Assembly: GCA_016870425.1 (NCBI GenBank)
Contig: VGBQ01000002.1
Span: 1-35,502 of the forward strand
Length of the DNA: 35,502 nucleotides
Reading direction: 5' to 3'
From: Actinomycetota bacterium
GTDB taxonomy: Bacteria > Actinomycetota > Actinomycetes > S36-B12
A program made the position numbers and the translations under genes. Position 1 is the first letter of the stretch, and the number at the start of each line of letters is the position of its first letter. The notes beneath the pieces were generated by a model. It was not told the DNA's origin, searched no databases, and saw nothing but the letters and a program-made list of their open reading frames with translations. This document shows positions 18,817 through 26,945 of this stretch, one piece after another.

Positions 18817-18903
18817 GTGCAGAACAAGACGCTCATCACCGTCACTGCCATCGTCGCGCTCGTCGCCCTCGGCGTCAGCATCCTCGCGCTCGCGATCCTG
18901 TGA
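18817..18903 (+). CDS. 28-codon hydrophobic micro-ORF rich in branched-chain residues, overlapping the downstream start. It could be a leader peptide or a micro-membrane protein.
   Basis: AAGGGAG lies 4 nt before GTG 18817. The peptide is MQNKTLITVTAIVALVALGVSILALAIL. Its TGA (18901-18903) overlaps the GTG (18900) of the TPP enzyme. Third codon positions are almost all G/C, which is coding-like. Confidence 0.45.
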   Translation: MQNKTLITVTAIVALVALGVSILALAIL

Positions 18904-20552
18904 CCGGCTCCCCCGAGCCCCAGCACGGCGGACGCCAGGCCATCGAGGCTGCTCGTCGGCACGGCGCCGAGCACCTCTTCACCCTGTCCGGCGCCCACAT
19001 CTTCCCGCTCTACGACGCGGCCGTCGGCGGCGCAGGCACCGTCGAGTCGGGCGCGCCCGGACCACTGCGCATCATCGACGTGCGCCACGAGCAGACAGCG
19101 GTGTTTGCCGCCGAGGCAATGGGCAAGCTCACCCGCACTCCCGGCTTCGCCGCCGTCACGGCCGGACCCGGCGTCACCAACGCCATCAGTGCCGTGACCG
19201 GCGCCTGGGTCAACGGGTCACCCCTGGTCCTCATCGGTGGACGCGCCCCGGACGGTCGCTGGGGTGCCGGGGCTCTCCAGGAGATCGATCATCCGCCACT
19301 GCTCGCACCGGTGACGAAGTCCGCTGTCACGGTGCACGACCCCTCGGCCGTCGGCGTGGCCGTCGATGCGGCGTTCCGCCTCGCCGCCGCACCCCATCGC
19401 GGCCCGGCCTTCGTCGATGTCCCCATGGACGTGCTCTTCACCCCGGCGGTGCCCGAGGCTCATGCATCGTCAGGTGTGCAGGGCCAGTTGGAGGGCGATC
19501 TCGAGCACATCGCGGCGCTGTTGCGCGCCGCACAGCGGCCTGTGCTCGTGCTGGGCAGCGATGTCTGGGCTGACGGCGCCGACACCGCCGCACGGGCTTT
19601 CGCCGACGCCACGGGCATCCCGGTCATCGCCAACGGCATGGCGCGCGGCATCCTGCCGCCCGATCATCCGCTCCTGGTCACCCGCGCCCGGGGGGCGGCC
19701 TTTGCTGGCAGTGATCTGGTCATGGTGGTCGGGACTCCCCTGGACTTCCGGCTGGGCTACGGCGCCTTCGGCGACCCGCCCGCCCCTGTCATCCACGTCG
19801 CGGACTCCCCCGGCCAGATCGCTCGCCATCGCGATCTCGCCGCGAGCGCCGCCGGAGACCTCACCGGCTTCTTCCTCCGCCTCGCGGAGGACATCGACAC
19901 TCCACTGCCCATCGACGAGTGGGCCGGCAGCCTGCGCGATCGCGCGGAAGCCGCCATCGCCGCAGACGCCCCTGACCTGGCGAGTGCCTCCGATCCGATC
20001 CACCCGGCGCGCGTCTACGGCGAGCTCCTTCCACGGCTCGCGGAGGATGCCGTCGTCATCGGTGACGGGGGCGACTTCGTCTCTTTCGCGGGTCGGTACG
20101 TCGAACCGCGGCGCCCCGGGCACTGGCTGGATCCGGGGCCCTACGGCTGCCTCGGCACGGGTCCGGGCTACGCGATGGCGGCGCGACTCGCACACCCGTC
20201 ATCGCAGGTTGTGCTCCTGCTCGGCGACGGCGCGGCCGGCTTCTCGCTGATGGACGTCGACTCGCTCGTGCGCCACGATCTGCCTGCGGTGATCGTCATC
20301 GGCAACAACGCCGGGTGGAATCTCGAGCGCCACCCCATGCGCTTCCTCTACGGATACGACGTTGCCGCCGATCTGCGACCGACGGCGTACGACGATGTCG
20401 TGAACGCGCTCGGCGGTGCCGGGGAGACGGTGACGCAACCGGGCGACATCGGACCTGCGCTGGATCGCGCCTTCGCTGCCGGTGTGCCCTACGTGGTCAA
20501 CGTCATGACCGATCCCGACGTGGCCTATCCGCGGTCGACCACCGGCGTGTGA
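18900..20552 (+). CDS. Thiamine-pyrophosphate-dependent enzyme, acetolactate-synthase-like large-subunit paralogue
   Basis: The N-terminal Pyr domain reads GGRQAIEAARRHGAEHLFTLSGAHIFPLYDA...RHEQTAVFAAEAMGK. The C-terminal TPP-binding motif is LLGDGAAGFSLMDVDSLVRHDLPAVIVIGNNAGWN. No small-subunit gene follows. Confidence 0.85.
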   Translation: MTGSPEPQHGGRQAIEAARRHGAEHLFTLSGAHIFPLYDAAVGGAGTVESGAPGPLRIIDVRHEQTAVFAAEAMGKLTRTPGFAAVTAGPGVTNAISAVTGAWVNGSPLVLIGGRAPDGRWGAGALQEIDHPPLLAPVTKSAVTVHDPSAVGVAVDAAFRLAAAPHRGPAFVDVPMDVLFTPAVPEAHASSGVQGQLEGDLEHIAALLRAAQRPVLVLGSDVWADGADTAARAFADATGIPVIANGMARGILPPDHPLLVTRARGAAFAGSDLVMVVGTPLDFRLGYGAFGDPPAPVIHVADSPGQIARHRDLAASAAGDLTGFFLRLAEDIDTPLPIDEWAGSLRDRAEAAIAADAPDLASASDPIHPARVYGELLPRLAEDAVVIGDGGDFVSFAGRYVEPRRPGHWLDPGPYGCLGTGPGYAMAARLAHPSSQVVLLLGDGAAGFSLMDVDSLVRHDLPAVIVIGNNAGWNLERHPMRFLYGYDVAADLRPTAYDDVVNALGGAGETVTQPGDIGPALDRAFAAGVPYVVNVMTDPDVAYPRSTTGV

Positions 20553-20555
20553 CGG

Positions 20556-21311
20556 CTAGGCGCAGAGTCGGCGGATGATGGGCTCGGCGTCCTGCGCCGA
20601 CCCTGACCACCCGCGCGGGCGGAGCTCGATGTGCAGGTGCACGGCACCCGGTGAACCGGTGTCGCCCATCGTGCCGATGAGCTGGCCCGCCTTCACGCGG
20701 TCGCCCTCGGAGAAGTAGATCTTGTCGAAGTGGCCGTAGAACCACATCGAGCCCTTGCCGTCGGTGATGTCGAGAATGAGGGCGCCGTTGCCCTGGTAGC
20801 CGCTGCGCGTGACGCGGCCGGAGTCGACGGCGTAGATCGGCGTGCCGCGCGTGCCGAGGAGGTCGAATCCCATGTGGTTGCGACCGGCGCCCATGCCGTC
20901 GCCGTAGGTGAAGTCCACCGCCGGGCAGTAGCGCCCGTCGACCTGCTTGTCGCCGAAGCTCTCGTCCGCCCGGGCCGCTTCGCGCGCGACGCCCCTGCCG
21001 AGAACCGCCCAGGTCTCTGCACCGACCACGCCCGTGGGCTCAAGACCGCTCGCGACCTGGAGCCGCTCAACCGCAATCCGTGTCACCGGACCGAAGTAGC
21101 CGGTCACGGGCCTGACCTCCAGCGCCCGCTGCAGGACCTTGACCGCCTCGCCGGTGCTCCCCGTGCCCAGTTCGGGGGCCTCCGCCGCGAATGCCGGCGT
21201 ACGGGGCGACGCAGGCGCAGCCTGGCTGGCCACCGGGACGAGAGCGAGGGTGGTGACAGCGACCACGAGCGTGGCCGCGAGGGCGAGCGATTGACGCAGG
21301 CCTGCGGTCAT
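20556..21311 (-). CDS. Secreted M23-family metallopeptidase with an N-terminal peptidoglycan-binding domain
   Basis: Signal peptide (LALAATLVVAVTTLALVPVASQA), a PG_binding_1-like repeat (GEAVKVLQRAL...GYFGPVTRIAVERLQ), and M23 motifs HMGFDL and GDTGSPGAVHLHIE. Confidence 0.88.
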   Translation of the reverse strand: MTAGLRQSLALAATLVVAVTTLALVPVASQAAPASPRTPAFAAEAPELGTGSTGEAVKVLQRALEVRPVTGYFGPVTRIAVERLQVASGLEPTGVVGAETWAVLGRGVAREAARADESFGDKQVDGRYCPAVDFTYGDGMGAGRNHMGFDLLGTRGTPIYAVDSGRVTRSGYQGNGALILDITDGKGSMWFYGHFDKIYFSEGDRVKAGQLIGTMGDTGSPGAVHLHIELRPRGWSGSAQDAEPIIRRLCA

Positions 21312-21322
21312 CAGTCCTCCGT

Positions 21323-21503
21323 CGCCTGCGGGGTCAGCTGTCGGGTTCGGCAGGACTCATGCGCCCGCCGGCGGGAGGTGCCTCCCGCTTCACCCCAAGA
21401 TCCGCCGGTGTCGCTGGCGGATCGTGCCGGTGACTGATGACACCGGCGGTGGGTCCCCCGCTCCTGCCCGCGGTGGTGCGCCCAGGGCGGGCAGGACTCG
21501 GCG
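21323..21503 (-). promoter_or_regulatory. ydaO/yuaA-class (cyclic-di-AMP) riboswitch in the 5' leader of the M23 peptidase gene
   Basis: The minus strand carries the class-defining blocks GGAGCGGGGGACCCA (21450-21464), GGGGUGAAG (21388-21396) and CCGAACCCGACAGCUGACCCCG (21329-21350). A hairpin UCCUGCCCG...CGGGCAGGA lies 5' of the first block, and a perfect 8-bp hairpin GAUCCGCC...GGCGGAUC lies between blocks. The Shine-Dalgarno GGAGG (21316-20) immediately follows the 3' closing strand. Confidence 0.82.
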
Positions 21504-21758
21504 TGCCCGGGGCGGTCAGCCTGGTGGTCGACCCCAGAAAGGTAACAGAAGGGTCACGAAGGCGCCTCCCCGACGGCCCGGCGAATCACCTGGAAGCGTT
21601 CTGCGGTCGAGAAGTGCCGCCCGGTGACACATCTAGACCACAGAAGGCCCAGGCTCCCCTGCTCACCCGATGACCACGCGGTGCCCGCCGAGCCCCCGGT
21701 CAATGCCCGAGCCTGGGGGACGGGTCCCTGCCGGGACACCGATCACGGGAGGGACCCC

Positions 21759-22597
21759 ATGGCGGTGGTCACCGGACTGACCTCGGCCCGGGCCGCCGAC
21801 ACCTTGCGCGAGGTCGACATCGGGATCGCGATGGGCCAGTCAGGCATCGACGTCGCCCGCGAGGCCGCTGATCTCGTCCTGCTCGACGATCACTTCGACT
21901 CCATCGTGGCCGGCATCGCCCAGGGGCGGGCCGCGTATGTGAACATTCGCCGCTTCCTCACCTATCACCTGACGGATAACGTCGCCGAGCTCGCGCCCTT
22001 CGTCGTCTGGGCCCTCTCCGGCGGCCAGATTCCCTGGCGCTCGGAGTGCTCCAGGTGCTGGCGATCGATATCGGCACGGACACGTTCGCCGCCGCAGCCC
22101 TGGGCGAGGAGCCGCCCGCGCGCGACGTGCTGTCACGCCCGCCCGTCTCCGGGGCACTGCTCAATCGGACGGTGCTGCTGCGTGCCTTCGGGATCATCGG
22201 ACCGGCGATCGCCCTGGCCAGCATGGGCGCGTTCTTCGCGACCTACCTGGTCGCGGGCTGGCGAGTCGGTGATGCCTTCCCCGTCGGCCAGGTGGCGCTC
22301 ATGGCGTCGGGGGCGGCGTTCGCGACGGTCGTGCTCGGCCAGACGGCCAACGCCTTCGCCTGCCGCAGCAGCACGCGCTGGCCCGGTGCTCTCGGCTGGA
22401 CCACCAATCGCCTGCTCATCCCCGCGGTCATCGCCGACCTCGTCATCGCGGGCCTGATGCTGGGCGTGCCGTTCCTGGCCCAGGCCCTGACCCAGGCACC
22501 TCCCGGATGGGCGGGCTGGCCGATCGCCTTGGGCACCATGGTGATCGTGCTCGCGCTCGACGCGGCGTACAAGGCCGTGCGGCACAGCTTGAGATGA
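21759..22597 (+). pseudogene. Remnant of a P-type cation-transporting ATPase: C-terminal third only, frameshifted
   Basis: ...DIGIAMGQSGIDVAREAADLVLLDDHFDSIVAGIAQGRAAYVNIRRFLTYHLTDNVAEL... then continues in another frame as LALGVLQVLAIDIGTDTFAAAALGEEPP... The frames join if one C is restored near 22031-22036. The TGDGxNDxPAL motif is degraded to TGLTSARAADTL, and the phosphorylation, actuator and N-terminal TM parts are absent. Confidence 0.8.
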
Positions 22598-22598
22598 A

Positions 22599-23450
22599 TC
22601 AGGACAAGGAAGGAGAGCGGACGAAGACCCTGAGTCGCACCCCGGGGACTGGCTCGTGGTCCCGACTCGTGATGGGCATGAAGCCGTGAGCGAGATAGAG
22701 AGCAGCCGCGGGCTCGTTGCCCTCGATGACACTGCATACGAGCGACTGACCTTCCGCACGCGAGATGACCGCCTCGAGCAACGCCTGGGCGACACCCTGA
22801 CGCCACACGCGAGGCGCGACGGCCATGAAGCGGAACTCCACCTCGCCGGGCTGCGCGGCCTCAGCCAGGGGGACCCCGGCGGGGGCGATCGCGACCGTGC
22901 CCACGAGCTCGCCGTGGCGCACGGCGACGAGGATCTCCGCATGCGCCGCGTGCCCGGGCGCATCTCTCAGCACGGCGGCATATCCGACCTCCTCGGTCGC
23001 CATCCCGTAGCCCGCGACGTAGGCCTCCACGCGGAGCTCGCCCACCGCGGGGAGTTCCTCCGGCAGCGCCTCACGGATGATCAGCGGCGGGATGGTGCGC
23101 GCGAGAAAGGGCTCGCGGCGTACGACAACCCGCGTGACCTGGCCCTGAGCGATGAGCACCGGGCCCTGCCCCGTGTCGTGGTGGGCGGTCACGGCGAAGC
23201 GCAGGAGACGGCCATCGCGGTGCACGACCTCGGCTTCCGCGTCCACTCGCGCACCAATCGGGGTAGCGATCAGGTGCTCGACGTCGACGCGCGTACCGAC
23301 GCTGGTCTCATCCGGGCCGAGGGCAGGGCATGCGTCTACGGTGGCTGCCTCGAGCCATGCGATGAGTCGCGGTGTGGCTAACACGGGTACGTCGCCGCTG
23401 CCGAGCGCGGTGGCGACGTCGAGCGATGTGACGACGTGGGACAGGGGCAT
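22599..23450 (-). CDS. Fusion protein: hotdog-fold thioesterase (FlK-like) N-terminal domain plus GNAT acetyltransferase C-terminal domain
   Basis: I trimmed the 452-aa ORF to ATG 23450 (MPLSHVVTSLDVATALGSGDVPVLATPRLIAWLEAA..., the thioesterase part). The GNAT part includes FRFMAVAPRVWRQGVAQALL. The start overlaps the TB7.3 stop (TGATG). Confidence 0.72.
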   Translation of the reverse strand: MPLSHVVTSLDVATALGSGDVPVLATPRLIAWLEAATVDACPALGPDETSVGTRVDVEHLIATPIGARVDAEAEVVHRDGRLLRFAVTAHHDTGQGPVLIAQGQVTRVVVRREPFLARTIPPLIIREALPEELPAVGELRVEAYVAGYGMATEEVGYAAVLRDAPGHAAHAEILVAVRHGELVGTVAIAPAGVPLAEAAQPGEVEFRFMAVAPRVWRQGVAQALLEAVISRAEGQSLVCSVIEGNEPAAALYLAHGFMPITSRDHEPVPGVRLRVFVRSPSLS

Positions 23451-23677
23451 CAGGCGGTCGTGAGGGAGAGCGTGACGAGGAGGTCGCCCTCGTGCACGAC
23501 ATCGCCGGGCGTCACCGGGATCTCGATGACGACGCCCGCCCACTCGACGATCACCGGGATCTCCATCTTCATGGACTCGAGGAGCAGCACGGTGTCGCCG
23601 ACCGCGACGCTGCTGCCTGGTTCGACCAGGACTGAGTGCACCTGGGCGACCATCTCGGCGCGGATCTCCGCGGCCAT
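23450..23677 (-). CDS. Small biotin/lipoyl-attachment domain protein (TB7.3-like orphan BCCP)
   Basis: 75 aa with the biotinylation-type motif LLLESMKMEIPV and a hammerhead fold pattern. It occupies the same position relative to rshA and sigH as Mtb Rv3221c. Confidence 0.85.
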   Translation of the reverse strand: MAAEIRAEMVAQVHSVLVEPGSSVAVGDTVLLLESMKMEIPVIVEWAGVVIEIPVTPGDVVHEGDLLVTLSLTTA

Positions 23678-23680
23678 GGC

Positions 23681-23755
23681 CTAGGAGTTGGGGCGCTTGC
23701 CGTGGTTGGCGCCGCTCTTCTTGCGAGCCTTCTTCTTGCGGCCACGCTTGCTCAT
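23681..23755 (-). CDS. 50S ribosomal protein bL37 (actinobacteria-specific, 24 aa)
   Basis: Hand translation gives MSKRGRKKKARKKSGANHGKRPNS, with GGGAG upstream of ATG 23755. The stop lies 3 nt before the TB7.3 start. It matches the bL37 micro-protein pattern (..KRGRK...ANHGKRPN.) as I recall it, and it is too short for the ORF track. Confidence 0.72.
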   Translation of the reverse strand: MSKRGRKKKARKKSGANHGKRPNS

Positions 23756-23803
23756 GATGACTCCCGTGCTGTCGAGGGAGCCACATCGTGGCACATCCGG
23801 GGG

Positions 23804-24070
23804 CTACGACTGACGGCGGTACGTGATCCGCACCTCGGAGATGCGCGCCACGATCCGCACGCGCAAGGCCTCGGGGGCTCGCTCCTCGCAGCAGGTCCGA
23901 TGCACCAGAGACTTGACCACCTGCTCGAGGCGGTACTGCTCCGCGCAGTCCGGGCACTCCTGCAGGTGCCCGGCGATGGCCACGGCGGACGCTGCATCGA
24001 GCTCGGAGTCGAGATAGTCATAGACGCGCGCCAGCGCGTCACCGCAGGTGCAGGGAGAGCAGTCGCTCAT
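23804..24070 (-). CDS. rshA: Zinc-binding anti-sigma factor (ZAS family) RshA/RsrA
   Basis: [11 protein letters not shown] (HxxxCxxC) plus N-terminal Cys residues. ATGA overlap with the sigH stop. Confidence 0.9.
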   Translation of the reverse strand: MSDCSPCTCGDALARVYDYLDSELDAASAVAIAGHLQECPDCAEQYRLEQVVKSLVHRTCCEERAPEALRVRIVARISEVRITYRRQS

Positions 24071-24789
24071 GACGCACCCCCGTCCGAGACCAGGTAGCCC
24101 TCCGAGATCGCGTAGTCCTCCAGCAGCGTGCGCAATTGCTTGCGACCGCGATGCAGACGGGACATCACCGTGCCGATGGGCGTCTCCATGATGTCGGCAA
24201 TCTCCTGGTAGGAGAACCCCTCGACATCGGCGAGGTAGACAGCCATGCGCCGCTCCTCGGGCAGCGCTGTCAACGCGTCATTGATGATGCCGTTGGGCAG
24301 TCGGTCCAGCGCCTCGGCCTCGGCCGAGCGCAGTTGCCCCGTGGCGTATGCCTGAGTGTGCTGCATCTGCCAGTCGTCGAGGTCGTCGGTGTGCGTCTGG
24401 AGCGGCTGGCGCTGCTTCTTGCGATAGGTATTGATGAAGGCGTTGGTGAGGATGCGGAAGAGCCATGCCTTGAGGTTGGTGCCCTCGGTGAAGGAGTCGA
24501 ACGCTGCGAAGGCCTTGACGAAGGTCTCCTGCACCAGGTCCTCGGCGTCCGCGGGATTGCGCGTCATGCGCAGCGCACCGCCGTAGAGCTGATCGAGGTA
24601 GGGCAGCGCGTCGCGCTCGAATCGCGCGGTGCGCTCCTCGTCGGTCTCCGTGCTCACGGCGACCGAGGCGGCATCAACCTCGGGCTCATCCATCACCGAT
24701 GAGGGTACGCCGACCCCCGCGGGACCCAGATCGGGCCGGATCGCGGGCAGCCCCTCCACGGGGGGCATCGACGCCTGACCGGTCAGCAC
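24067..24789 (-). CDS. sigH: ECF sigma factor SigH/SigR (thiol-oxidative and heat stress)
   Basis: Region 2 ([26 protein letters not shown]) and region 4 ([30 protein letters not shown]). It is paired with rshA. The start is ambiguous: GTG 24789, ATG 24768 or ATG 24693. Confidence 0.9.
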   Translation of the reverse strand: MLTGQASMPPVEGLPAIRPDLGPAGVGVPSSVMDEPEVDAASVAVSTETDEERTARFERDALPYLDQLYGGALRMTRNPADAEDLVQETFVKAFAAFDSFTEGTNLKAWLFRILTNAFINTYRKKQRQPLQTHTDDLDDWQMQHTQAYATGQLRSAEAEALDRLPNGIINDALTALPEERRMAVYLADVEGFSYQEIADIMETPIGTVMSRLHRGRKQLRTLLEDYAISEGYLVSDGGAS

Positions 24790-24798
24790 GACTGAGCC

Positions 24799-24824
24799 AA
24801 CTCCTCCCCCGCATCCGCTATTCC
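24799..24824 (-). promoter_or_regulatory. SigH/SigR-type autoregulatory promoter (GGAAT-N18-GTT)
   Basis: The minus strand reads GGAATagcggatgcgggggaggaGTT, with an exact 18-nt spacer. The GTT lies 9 nt upstream of the GTG at 24789. Confidence 0.7.
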
Positions 24825-24825
24825 C

Positions 24826-25575
24826 TTAGCCAGACTCCGGCAGGGGGCGGACGAGGTCCGGGCCCTGGTTGCGCACGGAGTTGACCGCCGTCGACACGGG
24901 ATAGATGTCCCAGAAGCCCGGCCGCGAGGGAGCGAGGATCTCGGAGAGGATCTGCGAGCCCGGCGTCTCCGGATCCAGCCACGCATCTCGCTGCTCGGGC
25001 AGCACCGCTACGGGCATGCGGTCGTGGATGCGCCCCACCTCATCGCGAGCGCTCGTCGTGATGATTGTCGTGGAGAGCAGCCAGGCGCGCGGATCGTCGG
25101 CGTCTTCGATCTCGGGGTCGCGCCACCACTCGTAGAGCCCAGCCATGGCCAGGCCTGTGCCGTCGGCGGGGTGAAGGAAGTAGGGCTGCTTGGCCGGCTT
25201 CTTGCCCGCTGCATTCAGCACGCCCTCCGCCGGCGCCTGCCACTCGTAGAACCCGTCGGCGGGGAGCAGGCACCGGCGCGAGGCCAGGGCTCTCCGGTAC
25301 GCCGGCTTCTCCGCCACGGTCTCCGCTCGGGCATTGATCATCCGGTTGCCGATCGAGGGGTCCTTCGCCCATGACGGCACGAGTCCCCAGCGCGCGACGT
25401 CGAGTCGCCGCGGGTGATGGCCTGCGTCATCGGGCTTGCCGTCGCGTACGACGTACACCTCGTTGGTCGGAGCGATGTTGTAGCGCGCGGGCAAGTCGAC
25501 GGCTGGCGACTCCTCCACGCCGAACTCCTCGACCAGTGCCGCCGGCTCGCGCGACGCGGCGTACCTCCCGCACAT
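24826..25575 (-). CDS. SOS-response-associated peptidase (SRAP/YedK family, abasic-site sensor)
   Basis: Starts MCGRYA (catalytic Cys2), then [25 protein letters not shown] and ADGFYEW. I trimmed the 312-aa ORF to ATG 25575. Confidence 0.9.
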   Translation of the reverse strand: MCGRYAASREPAALVEEFGVEESPAVDLPARYNIAPTNEVYVVRDGKPDDAGHHPRRLDVARWGLVPSWAKDPSIGNRMINARAETVAEKPAYRRALASRRCLLPADGFYEWQAPAEGVLNAAGKKPAKQPYFLHPADGTGLAMAGLYEWWRDPEIEDADDPRAWLLSTTIITTSARDEVGRIHDRMPVAVLPEQRDAWLDPETPGSQILSEILAPSRPGFWDIYPVSTAVNSVRNQGPDLVRPLPESG

Positions 25576-25637
25576 GGGACCAGCCTGCCCTACGCGCGCA
25601 GGCCGGACTGAGGCCCGGCGCCCGATACCCTCACGGC

Positions 25638-26945
25638 GTGAGCACACTCGCGGCATGGTCCGCGCCCACCGCGCCGGGACCGGTGTCTGCGACGGTGCGG
25701 GTGCCCGGGTCGAAGTCCGCGACCAACCGTGCCCTCGTGCTTGCCGCCCTGGCCTCGGGACCATCGACCATCCGGCAGGCGCTCGCCGCGCGCGACACCC
25801 TGCTGATGGCGGACGCGCTCATGGCCCTCGGCATCGGGATCGAGGCGGTCGGCCGCGACAGCATCGGCAACATCGATTGGCAGGTCACCCCCGGGCGGCT
25901 GCGCGGACCCGCGACGATCGACGTCGGCCTCGCCGGCACGGTCATGCGCTTCGTGCCGCCCGTCGCCGCACTGGCGGAGGGCGCAGTCGACTTCGACGGC
26001 GATGCGCGTGCACGCGAGCGTCCCCTCGGCCCCATGCTCGACGCGCTGCGCGGGCTCGGCGTATCCCTCAGCGACGCAGGCGGCTGCTTGCCCGTCACCG
26101 TTTCGGGCACCGGCTCCGTGCGCGGCGGCGCCGTCGACATCGATGCTTCGGCATCGAGTCAATTCGTGAGCGGGCTCCTGCTCTCGGCGGCGCGCTTCGA
26201 TGAAGGACTCACCCTGCGTCACACGGGCCGGGCGCTGCCGAGTCTCCCGCACATCGCCATGACCTTGCACATGCTCCGCGAGCATGGCGTGCACGTGGAC
26301 TTCGATGCCGAGACGTCGACGTGGCGCCTCTCGCCGTCGCCGATCGCGGCGGTGGATCGTGTCATCGAGCCCGACCTCTCCAATGCCGGTCCCTTCCTCG
26401 CCGCCGCCATGGCGACCGCGGGGTCGGTCACCGTGCCCGCGTGGCCCCGACACACGACCCAGGCCGGCGACGCACTGCGCGGCCTGCTCGCGCAGATGGG
26501 GGGACACCTCGATCTCCAGGACGGCGGCCTGACCATCACGGGACCCGGGGAGATACGGGGCCTCGACGCGGACCTCGCAGATGTGGGCGAGCTGACCCCG
26601 GTCGTCGCCGCCCTGGCCGCGCTCGCGGCATCGCCATCGCACCTGCGCGGCATCGGACACCTGAGGGGCCACGAGACGGATCGGATCGCGGCCCTGGCCG
26701 AGATGCTCGCCGCCTTCGGCGCGAGCGTGGAGGCGACGGAAGACGCCCTGCGGATCGCGCCGGCTCCCCTGCACGGTGCGACGGTGTCGTCCTACAGCGA
26801 CCACCGCATGGCCACCGCCGCGGCCGTCGTCGGCCTCGTCGTGCCCGACGTGCGCATTGACGACATCGCCACGACGGGCAAGACCCTTCCTGACTTCCCG
26901 GGCATGTGGAGCGAGATGCTGACCGGCGACGCGGACGGCGCATGA
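25638..26945 (+). CDS. aroA: 3-phosphoshikimate 1-carboxyvinyltransferase (EPSP synthase)
   Basis: [25 protein letters not shown], and the [13 protein letters not shown] and SYSDHRMA motifs. I chose the GTG start at 25638; the longer ORF overlaps the divergent SRAP gene. Confidence 0.9.
   Translation: MSTLAAWSAPTAPGPVSATVRVPGSKSATNRALVLAALASGPSTIRQALAARDTLLMADALMALGIGIEAVGRDSIGNIDWQVTPGRLRGPATIDVGLAGTVMRFVPPVAALAEGAVDFDGDARARERPLGPMLDALRGLGVSLSDAGGCLPVTVSGTGSVRGGAVDIDASASSQFVSGLLLSAARFDEGLTLRHTGRALPSLPHIAMTLHMLREHGVHVDFDAETSTWRLSPSPIAAVDRVIEPDLSNAGPFLAAAMATAGSVTVPAWPRHTTQAGDALRGLLAQMGGHLDLQDGGLTITGPGEIRGLDADLADVGELTPVVAALAALAASPSHLRGIGHLRGHETDRIAALAEMLAAFGASVEATEDALRIAPAPLHGATVSSYSDHRMATAAAVVGLVVPDVRIDDIATTGKTLPDFPGMWSEMLTGDADGA

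Noticed and set aside
18735-19088. N-terminal extensions of listed ORFs: pdtaS to 19088, the thioesterase-GNAT ORF to 23957, SRAP to 25764, aroA from 25371, hisN from 28837, the epimerase from 33310, and sodX to 6686.
   Set aside because: The extensions overlap neighbouring well-supported genes or promoter regions and have no homology. Internal starts reproduce the known family N-termini, such as MCGRY for SRAP and MGSLDRLA for PdtaS.
21560-21758. Possible additional remnants of the P-type ATPase, or a small gene, between the riboswitch and the pseudogene (ORF 21624.. begins MTHLDHRRPRLP...).
   Set aside because: Translations in all three frames show no convincing ATPase motifs such as DKTGT or the nucleotide-binding blocks. 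The region more likely holds the promoter of the riboswitch-peptidase transcript. I could not define -35 and -10 elements confidently.
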